Position numbers and translations under genes: made by a program
In this document: positions 9,273 through 19,868 of the stretch, piece by piece
Layout: each line of letters starts with the position of its first letter
Position numbering within the stretch: position 1 is the first letter of the stretch
Origin: Clostridiales bacterium
GTDB taxonomy: Bacteria; Bacillota; Clostridia; Saccharofermentanales; Saccharofermentanaceae
Direction of reading: 5' to 3'
DNA: 64,000 bases
Assembly (NCBI GenBank): GCA_017513085.1
Contig: JAFWDK010000016.1
Location: forward strand, 1 to 64,000
Notes under the pieces: model-generated
Databases searched by the model: none
Told to the model about the DNA's origin: nothing
Seen by the model: only the letters and a program-made list of their open reading frames with translations

Positions 9273-9951
9273 TAACATTTTTGACACACTGATGGGCAAC
9301 ACCTCAATCTCCATTATTTCTTTCCTGCTGCCGGTCTTCTCTTCCATCCTCCTGGGCTTTCTCTTCGCTCTGGTATATAAATACAAATACCGCGCCAGCC
9401 GTTCGTTTGTCGGAACACTGGCGATCCTCCCGACGATCGTCTGCGTCGTGATCATGGCCGTAAACGGAAATATCGGCGCCGGAGTTGCCGTGGCAGGTGC
9501 TTTTAGCCTGGTAAGATTCCGCTCCGCGCCAGGGACCGCAAGCGAGATCGGCGCGCTCTTCATCGCCATGGCTTCCGGGCTTCTGACCGGCATGGGTTTT
9601 ATAATCTACGCGGCACTCTTTATCCTGATCATCGGACTGGTCATGTTCCTTTACAGCGCCATCGGCCTGGGAGAAGAAAAGAGTGATCTTCGCAAAAGCC
9701 TCCGCATCACCATCCCTGAAAACCTTGATTATACCGGTATATTCGATGACACTTTCGCGAAGCACACATCCTCCTACAAACTTCTCTCCACCAAGACCGC
9801 CGGCATGGGCTCAGTATTTAAGCTCAACTACGAGATCACTTTGAAACCGGATACGACAGAAAAAGCACTGATCGATGACATCCGCTGCAAAAACGGGAAT
9901 CTGGACATCAGCCTGTCGACCATACTGTCCAAAGAAGCAACCGAACTTTAA
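9265..9951 (+). CDS. DUF4956-family membrane protein
   Basis: VNGNIGAGVAVAGAFSLVRFRSAPG motif; overlaps the VTC gene by 8 nt. Confidence 0.9.
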   Translation: MLNNIFDTLMGNTSISIISFLLPVFSSILLGFLFALVYKYKYRASRSFVGTLAILPTIVCVVIMAVNGNIGAGVAVAGAFSLVRFRSAPGTASEIGALFIAMASGLLTGMGFIIYAALFILIIGLVMFLYSAIGLGEEKSDLRKSLRITIPENLDYTGIFDDTFAKHTSSYKLLSTKTAGMGSVFKLNYEITLKPDTTEKALIDDIRCKNGNLDISLSTILSKEATEL

Positions 9952-9995
9952 GTCTAAGAAAGAATACGAAACCTGAAAATGAAAGGAGAATACCT

Positions 9996-11348
9996 ATGAC
10001 AAACAAAAAAACCATCATGACAATTGCAATATGTGCCGCAATGGCTGCCGGCATCGGCGGAATTGCCTACTATGCCGGAACCAGGAATTCAACAGGCGGA
10101 AGCGGAAGTGTTTCCGGCTCATCCCAGAGTGCTTCCGGAGCATCCGCTGCGGAAAAGAACAACAACCCCTCCAACGCCGGGCAAGACTCAAACGCAACTG
10201 CTTCAGGCGCTACTGTCACCGATATGGCGCTTAAGATCACCGATAAAGATAATGAAACCACCTATGATGCGGAAAAGAGCAATCTGATCGATCTTTCCTC
10301 GACCTCCGGCGCAGTGAAGATCTCGGACGAAGGAACCTACATCGTAACCGGCTCCACCGACGAAGGCATGCTCGTGATCGACGCCGGCGAAGAAGGCGAC
10401 GTACACCTGGTACTCCGCGACGCCTCCATCCTCAGCCCCAGCTCAGCCGCCATTTATGTTGTCTCGGCAGATGAGGTCTATATCACGCTTGAAGGCAGCA
10501 ATACTCTTGCCAACGGAGGAACATACAAGGCTATCGATGAGAACGATATCGATGCCGTGATCTTCAGCAAAGATGATCTGACGATCAACGGAAGCGGTTC
10601 CCTTAAGATCGATACCGATGCCGAGCATGCCATTGTCTGCAAAGATGATATGGTCATCACCGGCGGCACTTACGATCTGACTGCCAAGACCGACGCCATC
10701 AACACCAATGATTCCTTAGCGATCACTTCCGGCAATTTTACGATCAATTGCGGAGATGATGCGATCCATACAGACGGCATTCTCCAGATTGACGGCGGCA
10801 GTTTTGAGATCAACGCTGCAGAAGGTCTGGAAGGCACCTACATCACGATCAACGATGGCACCTTCTCCATCAAGGCCAGTGACGACGGCATCAACGCCGC
10901 GCAGAAAGTATCTGATTACAGAGCGACTCTCGTGGTCAACGGCGGAGACATCAAGATCACTATGGGATCCGGAGACACAGATGGCATCGACTCCAACGGT
11001 GACATCTATATCAACGGCGGAACCATAGACGTATCCGGTCAAAGCACTATCGATTATGATGGCACTGCCGTTAAAAACGGTGGCACATTGATCCTCAACG
11101 GCATGGAAAGTGATACGATCCCGAATCAGCTTATGGGCGGTGGCCGAGGCGGTCGTGGCGGAATGGCCGGCAACCCTGGCGAAGGCGGCTTCCCTGCTGA
11201 TGGTGGAGCCCCCGCCGATGGAGGATTCCCCGGCAACGGCGGTTTTCCCGGTGAAAACGCTCAAGACGCTAACGGCCAAGGCGGAAAAGGAAACGGAAGA
11301 CGCCAAGGAACTTTTTCTGCAGACAATGCTCAGCAGAACACGCTCTGA
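9996..11348 (+). CDS. Cthe_2159/DUF4353-type beta-helix carbohydrate-binding surface protein
   Basis: N-terminal membrane anchor; repeats AVIFSKDDLTINGSG, DDAIH, DDGINA, GDTDGIDSNG; Gly-rich GGFP tail. Confidence 0.88.
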   Translation: MTNKKTIMTIAICAAMAAGIGGIAYYAGTRNSTGGSGSVSGSSQSASGASAAEKNNNPSNAGQDSNATASGATVTDMALKITDKDNETTYDAEKSNLIDLSSTSGAVKISDEGTYIVTGSTDEGMLVIDAGEEGDVHLVLRDASILSPSSAAIYVVSADEVYITLEGSNTLANGGTYKAIDENDIDAVIFSKDDLTINGSGSLKIDTDAEHAIVCKDDMVITGGTYDLTAKTDAINTNDSLAITSGNFTINCGDDAIHTDGILQIDGGSFEINAAEGLEGTYITINDGTFSIKASDDGINAAQKVSDYRATLVVNGGDIKITMGSGDTDGIDSNGDIYINGGTIDVSGQSTIDYDGTAVKNGGTLILNGMESDTIPNQLMGGGRGGRGGMAGNPGEGGFPADGGAPADGGFPGNGGFPGENAQDANGQGGKGNGRRQGTFSADNAQQNTL

Positions 11349-11415
11349 ACATGCCTTACATCTCAACCGGAATTATGTATAATGAAGTCAAGTTTAAAGA
11401 AAAGGAGACCCTTCC

Positions 11416-12090
11416 ATGCGAATACTTCTTGCAGAAGACGAAAAATCCATGTCACGTGCTTTGACGGCGATCCTTACCAAGAATAACTACTCCGTGGATG
11501 CCGTGTTCGATGGCGAGGACGCTCTCGAATATCTTCTTTCCGGTGATTACGATTGTGCGATCCTGGATGTCATGATGCCGAAGATGGACGGGTTCACAGT
11601 CCTTCGGAAAGCCCGGGAGAAAAACCTGACCTTGCCGGTCATGATGCTCACCGCTAAATCTCAGGTCGATGACAAAGTCGAGGGTCTTGATCTCGGTGCC
11701 AACGATTATCTTACGAAGCCTTTCGAGAGTCGCGAACTCCTCGCCAGGCTTCGTGCCATTACCCGTAGCATCACACCTGTTTCGGACAACATCCTCCATT
11801 ACGGGAACACTTCCTTGAACCGTGCAAGTTATGAACTGTCCACCACTGTCGGGCACGTCAAGTTGGCCGCGAAGGAATACCAGATGATGGAATACCTGAT
11901 GGCAAATCCCGGTGTACTGATCTCAACCGACCGTTTCATGGAGAAGGTCTGGGGACTGGATTCCGATGCAGACATCAATGTTGTATGGACGAACCTTTCC
12001 TACTTAAGAAAAAAACTCGCATCCATCAATGCCAACATTAAGATCAAAGCCACACGCAACGCCGGCTATTCTCTGGAGATCGAAGAATGA
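11416..12090 (+). CDS. OmpR/PhoB-family response regulator
   Basis: LLAEDE, LDVMMP, LTAK, GANDYLTKPF, winged helix. Confidence 0.95.
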   Translation: MRILLAEDEKSMSRALTAILTKNNYSVDAVFDGEDALEYLLSGDYDCAILDVMMPKMDGFTVLRKAREKNLTLPVMMLTAKSQVDDKVEGLDLGANDYLTKPFESRELLARLRAITRSITPVSDNILHYGNTSLNRASYELSTTVGHVKLAAKEYQMMEYLMANPGVLISTDRFMEKVWGLDSDADINVVWTNLSYLRKKLASINANIKIKATRNAGYSLEIEE

Positions 12091-13466
12091 TTAGAAAGCT
12101 TAGAATCAGATTGATCATCGTCACCATGGCTGCTGTCCTTCTGGTACTTCTCATCCTGATGGGCGGCATCAACCTGTCCAATTACCGTCAGATCGTAAAC
12201 GATGGCGATGCGACGCTCACCCGTCTTCTACGGAACGGCGGAACATTCGGCGAGAGAACACTGCCACCTAGAGATCACGATGAAGAGCACCCGGAGTTTG
12301 GCGCCATTATGATCACGAAAGACGATGGCAACGGTCAAACTACATCTTCCGGATTCTTCTGGGAGTCCGGGAAAAAACGTATGGATTCTCCGGAGTTCCC
12401 GTTCGAGACCCGCTACTTCAGCGTTCTTCTCACCCGGGACGGTGAGATCCTTCGCACCGATACCGGCAGGATCTCCGCCGTATCCGAAGAGGAAGCCGAA
12501 GAATATGCACTCTCCGTCCTTGGAAAGAAGAACAGATCCGGCTTTATCGGTGACTATCGTTATCTTTCCGGCCAAGTTGAGAATCCTGATGCGTATCTTA
12601 TTGTTTTCTGTGATTGCGGTGCAAGTCTCACGACCTTTCGAAACTTTCTGACCACGAGCATCGTCGTCTCACTCCTCTGTCTCGGTCTGGTCTTTATTCT
12701 GGTCTACTATGCCTCCGGCCGTGTGATCCGTCCGGTTGCCGAGAGTTACGAAAAACAGAAACGATTCATCACTGACGCCGGTCACGAGATCAAGACTCCT
12801 CTGGCCATCATCTCCGCAGACGCTGACGTACTGGAAATGGAACTGGATCAGGAGAACGAGTGGGTATCTGATATCAAAGCACAGACCAAACGTCTGGCCG
12901 AGCTGACTTCTGATCTGATTTTTCTTTCCAAGATGGAGGAATCCCACACACCACTTGAGATGCAAGAACTGGATCTGTCATTTCTCACCGGATCCTCCGT
13001 CAGTTCTTTTCGCGCCGTTGCGAACGCTTCTTCGCAAGAACTTCTCCCGCAAGTCGATCCGGATATTCATATCACCGGTGATAAGAAGTCTATCGAATCA
13101 CTGCTTTCCATCGTTATGGACAATGCAGTGAAGTATTGTCCGGAAGGTGGCCGGATCGATGTTAAGCTTTATAAAGACAAGCGCTATGCGCACCTGGAGG
13201 TCACGAACGATACAACCGATCTGATCTCTGAAGAATCCACCAAACATCTCTTTGACCGTTTTTACCGCACCGATACGTCCAGGAATTCCGAAACCGGAGG
13301 ATTCGGAATCGGTCTGTCTATGGCAGCCGCCATTGTGGAAAAACATAAGGGTAAGATCGTCGCAGAAAGCGGAAAAGAACGCGAAAAGACCTTAACACTA
13401 AGCATCTTACTACGTCTTAGCCAGGAAGATCCTTCCGGGTACAAAAAAGAAGGGAGTGCATCTTGA
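12087..13466 (+). CDS. Sensor histidine kinase
   Basis: Two TM segments, DAGHEIKTPL H-box, DNAVKY, FDRFYR, GGFGIGLS; ATGA overlap with the regulator. Confidence 0.95.
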   Translation: MIRKLRIRLIIVTMAAVLLVLLILMGGINLSNYRQIVNDGDATLTRLLRNGGTFGERTLPPRDHDEEHPEFGAIMITKDDGNGQTTSSGFFWESGKKRMDSPEFPFETRYFSVLLTRDGEILRTDTGRISAVSEEEAEEYALSVLGKKNRSGFIGDYRYLSGQVENPDAYLIVFCDCGASLTTFRNFLTTSIVVSLLCLGLVFILVYYASGRVIRPVAESYEKQKRFITDAGHEIKTPLAIISADADVLEMELDQENEWVSDIKAQTKRLAELTSDLIFLSKMEESHTPLEMQELDLSFLTGSSVSSFRAVANASSQELLPQVDPDIHITGDKKSIESLLSIVMDNAVKYCPEGGRIDVKLYKDKRYAHLEVTNDTTDLISEESTKHLFDRFYRTDTSRNSETGGFGIGLSMAAAIVEKHKGKIVAESGKEREKTLTLSILLRLSQEDPSGYKKEGSAS

Positions 13467-13481
13467 TATCTTGCACTCCCT
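13451..13481. terminator. Hairpin between convergent genes
   Basis: AGGGAGTGCA/TGCACTCCCT stem preceded by an A-run. Confidence 0.7.
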
Positions 13482-13497
13482 AGCCGATATTGAACTC

Positions 13498-15942
13498 TCA
13501 GTTTTCAGGCGTTTCTGACTCTGTTTGTTTGAACTGGTACCGGGAAAATAAAGCCTCATCTGTACCATCTCGTAAACTTACAATATGAGTCACGCTGTCT
13601 AATTTCATATCACTTCGTCTAAACCCGACAACTCTTCCATCTTTACAGAAATATAGAAATCTCTGTTTGTTTCCTCTATTTCCTACTTCCCATTCTTCAA
13701 CGATATACGGCTCGCCGTTGAGGGTCGCGTCGTATGCTTCGATCAAAAAGCTGTACTTAGTCTGAACAAACGCCTTGGGCAACTGGTCTGAGTAATTCTC
13801 CCAGAAACTATCGTTCTTACCTGGTTCACCAATACTTTCCGCATCCGGAATATCAGCAATACCATTTGTTTTCCATATCCTGTTACTTAACGGCTCAGAA
13901 TGATCCGCGCTTTCTGCAGTGATTTCAGCCACAAACTCGTAGCCTCGCGTGGTGATTTTGCTTCTCTCGGAAAAATATTCTTCCAGAGTATAATACTCAA
14001 GTGTGAAATCATCGTGTTTCGCAAGATTATCGAAGAAGCTTTGCACTACCGGAGAGTCTTGATACGTCTTTCCCTTAACCACCTGTGCAGTCAAATCAGG
14101 AAGGCCAAGTCTTTTTTGTTCATCCCGGATCTGGTCCGCTTTTGATTTTTGTGATCCGCTCTGATTCGGTCCGATTTGAGCCGGATTCTGTTTCGCCACT
14201 TCAAAATAGGAAGTTAAATCAGTATCTTCCTTCGTGGTTTGAATCGACTCGATGATAGCAAATCCTTCTCTAAAAATGTCATTTTCATTCTGAGTTTTTT
14301 CAAACCATTGCCAGCCGGCAAACGGCATACCATCCTGATCCAGGAAAACAGCAAGGCGGGAATCATTGGACTTATATATCTCTACAGCATAACTGTTTTC
14401 ATCATCGCCAACAGTAAAACCATACTCGAAAGTACAAGGATCCGTCGGGTCCAATAGCAGAAGATACTGATTTCCGTTTCCTTCAAAATGATCTGCTTCA
14501 CTATACTCATTTCCAGCCAGATTTACCCGGTAGTATTTTTCCGTCTCATTCTCGGCGTACTCATAGTGATCATCCCATATTTCAAACAGTGCACCTGTAT
14601 AGTTATTCATCAGTTTAAATACGGTATCCTCATTGTACTTGCGATTTGTTCCATCCAGCAAAACAGAGTACTTCCACGTCTCGTCATCCTCACCAAAACA
14701 GTAGCTTATCTCTTGCTTGTTTGCATTTTTATATTTCGGAGAAAGCCTGGAATCAGAATAACAATTAGAAAGATCACAAGTATAACTCTCTTTCAGACCA
14801 ATCTTCTTCCATTGCGTGGACAGACACAGATAAGTCAGCATCTCGTCTACGATCTTGTCGTTTTCCTGTTCCAAAGGCACTTCAAAACAGGATCGGATTC
14901 CATACAGACTGTTACTGTAAGCCCATTTCCCATCACCATAATAAAAATACTTATTATTTTCAGCATCCAGAAACTCGACAGAAAGTCTCCAATCGGAATC
15001 AAGCTCTGGTACCCTTTGTTCATTTGCGCCATGTTCCTTACGCAAAGACTCCAGTTTATCGAAAAAAGCATAGTTCAGATTAATATGCACGGGTTTATAG
15101 ATTTTGTCAGCATAATCTTTTTTGGCTTGCCAAGTAGTAATATAAGGAGGACCAAAGACCTCGTTTTCAACGTCCTTGCCCCATGCAATGGTCGTCTGGT
15201 ACAAGGTCGACTCTTGTGCATATGTGAGTAATTCAACATTCACCACAATATTATTCTCTTCGTCCAATGAATAGTTGATATTAACCTGTTGGATATCCTC
15301 ACCTGAAATATCGTCGGAAGAAACCGTATCCTGAAGTCTTGATTTGATCCTTTCATCCTTATACAAAAGTTCAATTCCCGCTTGAAGGCATTCCATTAAT
15401 TTGTCGTTTCCGCACTCTTTGAATACATATGTAGAAGGGAAAAAGATCATGATCCTTTCAGGAGGCAGTTTGTCTTTTAATTGAAATCTGTCATCAAGGA
15501 ACTTCAGATACTGTGGATAGTCTTCTTTCAGCCGATCACGATACTCTTCTAAAGATAGACCTGCATACTTCTTATCCTGTTCCTTCGCTTTTTGAAAAGC
15601 TTCTTCCGAAAAAAGATAGTAGAAAAACTGTGGCGTCTGGTTCGCATCCAAATTACTCATCAACGGATTAAATTTGAAACTTCCATCCGCACCGATAAAA
15701 AAGGCATCGCTTGAATCCAATCCCTGACCAAAGTTTTCTTTGATCTGCTCCATAAACCTCTCGGAAGGCTCCTGGATCTCCACCGGTATCGGATTTGTAT
15801 TCTCAGTCTGACCGCTTACCGACTCTTCTCGTTTTTCTAAAGTAGTCTCAGTCGTGGACTTTTTGCGGCAACCTGCTACACCCATGATCGTTGAGCCGGT
15901 CAACAATAGTGCCATTGCCTTATGCTTCCAACCAGATGTCAT
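13498..15942 (-). CDS. Large lipoprotein of unknown function, paralog of the next gene
   Basis: 814 aa, VAGC lipobox, colinear motifs shared with 16038-18530. Confidence 0.85.
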   Translation of the reverse strand: MTSGWKHKAMALLLTGSTIMGVAGCRKKSTTETTLEKREESVSGQTENTNPIPVEIQEPSERFMEQIKENFGQGLDSSDAFFIGADGSFKFNPLMSNLDANQTPQFFYYLFSEEAFQKAKEQDKKYAGLSLEEYRDRLKEDYPQYLKFLDDRFQLKDKLPPERIMIFFPSTYVFKECGNDKLMECLQAGIELLYKDERIKSRLQDTVSSDDISGEDIQQVNINYSLDEENNIVVNVELLTYAQESTLYQTTIAWGKDVENEVFGPPYITTWQAKKDYADKIYKPVHINLNYAFFDKLESLRKEHGANEQRVPELDSDWRLSVEFLDAENNKYFYYGDGKWAYSNSLYGIRSCFEVPLEQENDKIVDEMLTYLCLSTQWKKIGLKESYTCDLSNCYSDSRLSPKYKNANKQEISYCFGEDDETWKYSVLLDGTNRKYNEDTVFKLMNNYTGALFEIWDDHYEYAENETEKYYRVNLAGNEYSEADHFEGNGNQYLLLLDPTDPCTFEYGFTVGDDENSYAVEIYKSNDSRLAVFLDQDGMPFAGWQWFEKTQNENDIFREGFAIIESIQTTKEDTDLTSYFEVAKQNPAQIGPNQSGSQKSKADQIRDEQKRLGLPDLTAQVVKGKTYQDSPVVQSFFDNLAKHDDFTLEYYTLEEYFSERSKITTRGYEFVAEITAESADHSEPLSNRIWKTNGIADIPDAESIGEPGKNDSFWENYSDQLPKAFVQTKYSFLIEAYDATLNGEPYIVEEWEVGNRGNKQRFLYFCKDGRVVGFRRSDMKLDSVTHIVSLRDGTDEALFSRYQFKQTESETPEN

Positions 15943-16037
15943 AATAATCTCCTTCTTGCATAATTACACTTCAACTAATAGTAAATTATACTTTAATCAG
16001 GAGTACCCTAAATGACAGTTTTTTTATTTTTTTGATT

Positions 16038-18530
16038 TTAGTCTGGTTCCTTCAACAAAGATTCATCCGCCTTCTCCTCAAACCAAAGCAAATGGTAGAT
16101 CATGGTAAATCCATTCACATTCGCCCGGAACCCAATGATCGCGCCGTCCATGCAATAAAAGATCACCGTCTCTCCTTCGACAGACCATTCTTCGATAACA
16201 AAATCCGTGTTGTCGACCTTTGCCTCATACGCTCTAAGGAAAGTGTGTTCTTTGGCAGGCGAAAGCGCATCCGGAAGCTGCATTTGTACTTCGGCAATGG
16301 AAAATGAATCGCCTTTCGGGTATACTTGCGGATCCTCGATCGATCCCATGTATATGTTGTCTCCCAATGCAAGATACAGGAAATCCATGTCGCCGGCATT
16401 ATCATGGGACTGCATCTGTATGGTATGGTAAAAATCCATATCCCGAACTGTCAGCATATCGTGGTAAGACATAAAAGCTCCAAAATAACTGAGTATCATA
16501 GTATATGGCTTGCCTTGGGCTAAGTAATCCAGATAATGCTGTACTGCATCGGAATGATCGATACTGTCTCCTTTGACTATCTTATCGGTCAGATCCGGAA
16601 GGCCTTCCTGCTTCTGATCGTATCGGATCCAATCCGCCGCTGACTTATTGCTGTTGCCGTTTCCCGTGTTTCCTCGACCATTCGGTTCCTGATCTCCAGG
16701 GTAGATCATGTGATCTCTTGCATGCTCCAAATATTCATCGATAGCCGGATTCCAATCGTTCATCTGGATCGCCTCGATGATCCCCAGTCCTGAACAAAGA
16801 TTGAACTTGGTCTGCCCACGCTCCTGCACCACGCCCTCTTCTCTCCATGTCCATCCGCAAGTCGGGACACCATTCTGATCGAGGATCACCGCCAGACGCT
16901 TAACGGAATTCCGGTAGATATCACAGCGGAGTGTCTGTGTTCCATTTATCACATCCAGGCCATAACAGAACGTATACGGATCTTCTTTTTCCTTCAGAAT
17001 ATAATCAAGCGAGCCGAATCCTTCAAACTTCTCCGCCTGCATGAAAACATCTTTCATGTCTATCCGGTAGTACATCTCTCCGGGAACACCGGCGTACTCA
17101 TACTCATCCCAGTTCTCTGGAACATTCTGACCATCGTCTGCTTGATACGTCCGGCTCATTCTTTCCTGATAATATGTTGCATCATCTTCGATGCACCGCA
17201 TATAATACCAGTCTGTTTCCGGATTGACATAATACCAGACAAGCTGGGTATTTCCCTGTGGATAAGTATCCGCAAGTGCCGGCTGATCATATATCTTCGA
17301 AAAATCCGCATTCATGGTTCTACCGCCATTTTTCTCACTGAGTATCGGAAGACCGGCCTCCATGCAGAGTTCATCGAGAAGCCTTTCATTCTCTTTTTCG
17401 TCATCGATCCGGAAAAAATCATGCATCCGGAATGCACCCGACTGATAAAGCCAGATTCCGTTACCTTCATACGAATAACGGCTTTGGTATGTATCTTCAA
17501 AAACGATCGTAACAGCTTTGTTCCGGTCTTCGATTTCTTGCGAAGCATCATCGGATATCGACCCTTTCTCTCTCGCATCCTCTAACCGTTTAAGAAGTGC
17601 TTCTGCCGCACTGCCGGTCTTTTCCATCGTAAAACTTTCGCTTGAATATTGATTCAAAAAGACATTTTTGACCTCGATCTTTGCAGAACCTTGCAAAACG
17701 TTCTCGACCTTATCCAGATTACTCGGAACAATGACTTCTTTATAGATCTCTTTATTCGCATACGTATAAACACCCGCTCTGACACGGATATTCTGTTGTG
17801 AATCAAATTGCAGGACCAAGCTCATATTCTGAACCATCTTCCCATTGACCGGTTCTGAGCCAATGCTCAGATCAATCATTTCTTTTAATTCCGGATCCGA
17901 ACCGTATAATGCAAATCCCTTTTTCAAGCATTCCAGAAGAAGATCCTTATCTTTCACGAAATCTCCGAGAGCAGAATCAATCGTCACCATAACACGGGTT
18001 TCCGGTCTGTTTTTGAGATGATAGTCGTCGTCAAAATTCTTCTTGAATTCCGCATCGCTCATATATTCCTTCACTTTATCGCGATACTGATCAAGGGTCA
18101 GGCCTTTATATATATTGACATTCTCTTTTCTATACGCATAGCACTCCTCTGAAAACTCGTATTCCGAGCTTAGAGCAGCATATGTCATAAGGGCACTTAT
18201 TATGTTATCTACTTTATATTCTCCATTATCGCAGAGTACCATGATCTTATCGTTCGAAGTCAAAGACGTGTTGTTCATGAGATCACCAACTATGGTCTTG
18301 AGAATACTATCCTGCGGATTCGCATAATCCGGCATCATTGATCCGTCTGATGGATCTGAATTCTCGGAATCCGAAGAAGCTACTGTTTCTTCGCTATCCG
18401 TTGAAGTCATTGTGATCTGTTCCGAAGAAAGATCCTCCTCTTCCTTCGTTGTTTCCCTATTCTGGCATCCTGAAACCAAAACCGCCGCACAAAGAAATAC
18501 CGTCGCTATTCTTTTTCTTAACTGTGACAT
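16038..18530 (-). CDS. Large lipoprotein of unknown function, paralog of the previous gene
   Basis: 830 aa, VSGC lipobox, Ser/Thr/Glu linker. Confidence 0.85.
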   Translation of the reverse strand: MSQLRKRIATVFLCAAVLVSGCQNRETTKEEEDLSSEQITMTSTDSEETVASSDSENSDPSDGSMMPDYANPQDSILKTIVGDLMNNTSLTSNDKIMVLCDNGEYKVDNIISALMTYAALSSEYEFSEECYAYRKENVNIYKGLTLDQYRDKVKEYMSDAEFKKNFDDDYHLKNRPETRVMVTIDSALGDFVKDKDLLLECLKKGFALYGSDPELKEMIDLSIGSEPVNGKMVQNMSLVLQFDSQQNIRVRAGVYTYANKEIYKEVIVPSNLDKVENVLQGSAKIEVKNVFLNQYSSESFTMEKTGSAAEALLKRLEDAREKGSISDDASQEIEDRNKAVTIVFEDTYQSRYSYEGNGIWLYQSGAFRMHDFFRIDDEKENERLLDELCMEAGLPILSEKNGGRTMNADFSKIYDQPALADTYPQGNTQLVWYYVNPETDWYYMRCIEDDATYYQERMSRTYQADDGQNVPENWDEYEYAGVPGEMYYRIDMKDVFMQAEKFEGFGSLDYILKEKEDPYTFCYGLDVINGTQTLRCDIYRNSVKRLAVILDQNGVPTCGWTWREEGVVQERGQTKFNLCSGLGIIEAIQMNDWNPAIDEYLEHARDHMIYPGDQEPNGRGNTGNGNSNKSAADWIRYDQKQEGLPDLTDKIVKGDSIDHSDAVQHYLDYLAQGKPYTMILSYFGAFMSYHDMLTVRDMDFYHTIQMQSHDNAGDMDFLYLALGDNIYMGSIEDPQVYPKGDSFSIAEVQMQLPDALSPAKEHTFLRAYEAKVDNTDFVIEEWSVEGETVIFYCMDGAIIGFRANVNGFTMIYHLLWFEEKADESLLKEPD

Positions 18531-18598
18531 TTTTCCCTCTCCATTTTTCCATCTTAAGCCAACGACCGCATTATATCACAATCAAAAAAAGCAAAAAA

Positions 18599-18633
18599 CA
18601 GACCGTTCCGAAGGTTTTCTTCGAAACGGTCTG
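18599..18633 (-). terminator. Terminator of the decarboxylase operon
   Basis: CAGACCGTT..GAAG/CTTC..AACGGTCTG stem with an A-run on its left (U-tract on the minus strand). Confidence 0.8.
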
Positions 18634-18672
18634 ATATGATCTGATTTTGTCTCTTTAGTGGCTGCTACGGTG

Positions 18673-19851
18673 TTAGCCGAACAGTGCGAGAAGTGTACCT
18701 GCTGCTACGGCAGAACCGATAACACCGGCAACATTCGGGCCCATGGCGTGCATGAGAAGGAAGTTGCTGGGATCTGCTTTCTGACCCTCGACATTGGATA
18801 CACGGGCCGCCATCGGAACAGCAGATACGCCGGCAGAACCGATGAGCGGGTTGATCTTACCCTTGGTAAGGAAGCACATGATGCGTCCGATCAGGAGACC
18901 ACCAAATGTGGAGAAGGCAAATGCGATGAGACCAAGAATGATAATCTTGATCGTATCCAGTGCCAGGAAGTTCTCGCCCATTGCAGTCGCACCTACGGTA
19001 ACACCGAGGAAGATCGTAACGATATTGCACAGTGCATTTTGCGCGGTATCGGAAAGACGATCAGTAACACCGGACTCCTTAAAGAGGTTACCCAGCATCA
19101 GCATACCGAGAAGAGGTCCTACAGACGGCAGGATCAATGTGCAGATAACGGTAACGATGATCGGGAAGCAGACTTTCTCGACCTTGGATACCGGACGGGT
19201 CTGCTTCATCTTGATCTTTCGAAGTTTCTTCGGAACCATCGCCTTCATGATCGGCGGCTGGATGATCGGGATCAATGCCATGTAGGAATATGCGGCAATC
19301 GCGATCGCCGAGAGGAGATGCGGAGCAAGTTTAGTTGTAAGGTAGATTGCTGTCGGGCCGTCTGCACCACCGATGATGGCGATGGAGGAAGCCTCAGCCG
19401 CGGTGAATCCGAGAAGAGATGCCATAACGAAGGCAAAGGAAATACCGAACTGCGCGCCTGCGCCCATGAACAGGGACGAAGGACGGGAGATCAGCGGTCC
19501 GAAGTCTGTCATCGCACCAACAGCCATAAAGATCAGACATGGGAAGATACCAAGCTTAACGCCGAGGTAGATATAATCCAAAAGACCCGGAGCGATCGCC
19601 GCATCACTACCGCCAAGCAGTTCCCAGTGCACATGTCCGCCTGCGAAGATCTCGCTGTGATAGAGACCTGCGATTGGAAGATTACTCAATAACATACCAA
19701 AAGCAATCGGGAGAAGAAGAAGCGGTTCACACTTTTTACCGATAGCCATGTAGATCAGCACACCGGCAATCACAAGCATGACGCCCTGCTGCCAGGTGAT
19801 CGCATAGATACCACTTGACTCCCATATATTCTTTAATGCATCAATAAACAC
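18673..19851 (-). CDS. oadB: Na+-translocating decarboxylase beta subunit
   Basis: EPLLLLPIAFG, GAMTDFGPL, IIGGADGPT, AYSYMA, GVSAVPMAARV, HAMGPNVAGVIGSA. Confidence 0.95.
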   Translation of the reverse strand: MFIDALKNIWESSGIYAITWQQGVMLVIAGVLIYMAIGKKCEPLLLLPIAFGMLLSNLPIAGLYHSEIFAGGHVHWELLGGSDAAIAPGLLDYIYLGVKLGIFPCLIFMAVGAMTDFGPLISRPSSLFMGAGAQFGISFAFVMASLLGFTAAEASSIAIIGGADGPTAIYLTTKLAPHLLSAIAIAAYSYMALIPIIQPPIMKAMVPKKLRKIKMKQTRPVSKVEKVCFPIIVTVICTLILPSVGPLLGMLMLGNLFKESGVTDRLSDTAQNALCNIVTIFLGVTVGATAMGENFLALDTIKIIILGLIAFAFSTFGGLLIGRIMCFLTKGKINPLIGSAGVSAVPMAARVSNVEGQKADPSNFLLMHAMGPNVAGVIGSAVAAGTLLALFG

Positions 19852-19868
19852 GATTGCGACCTCCTAAC

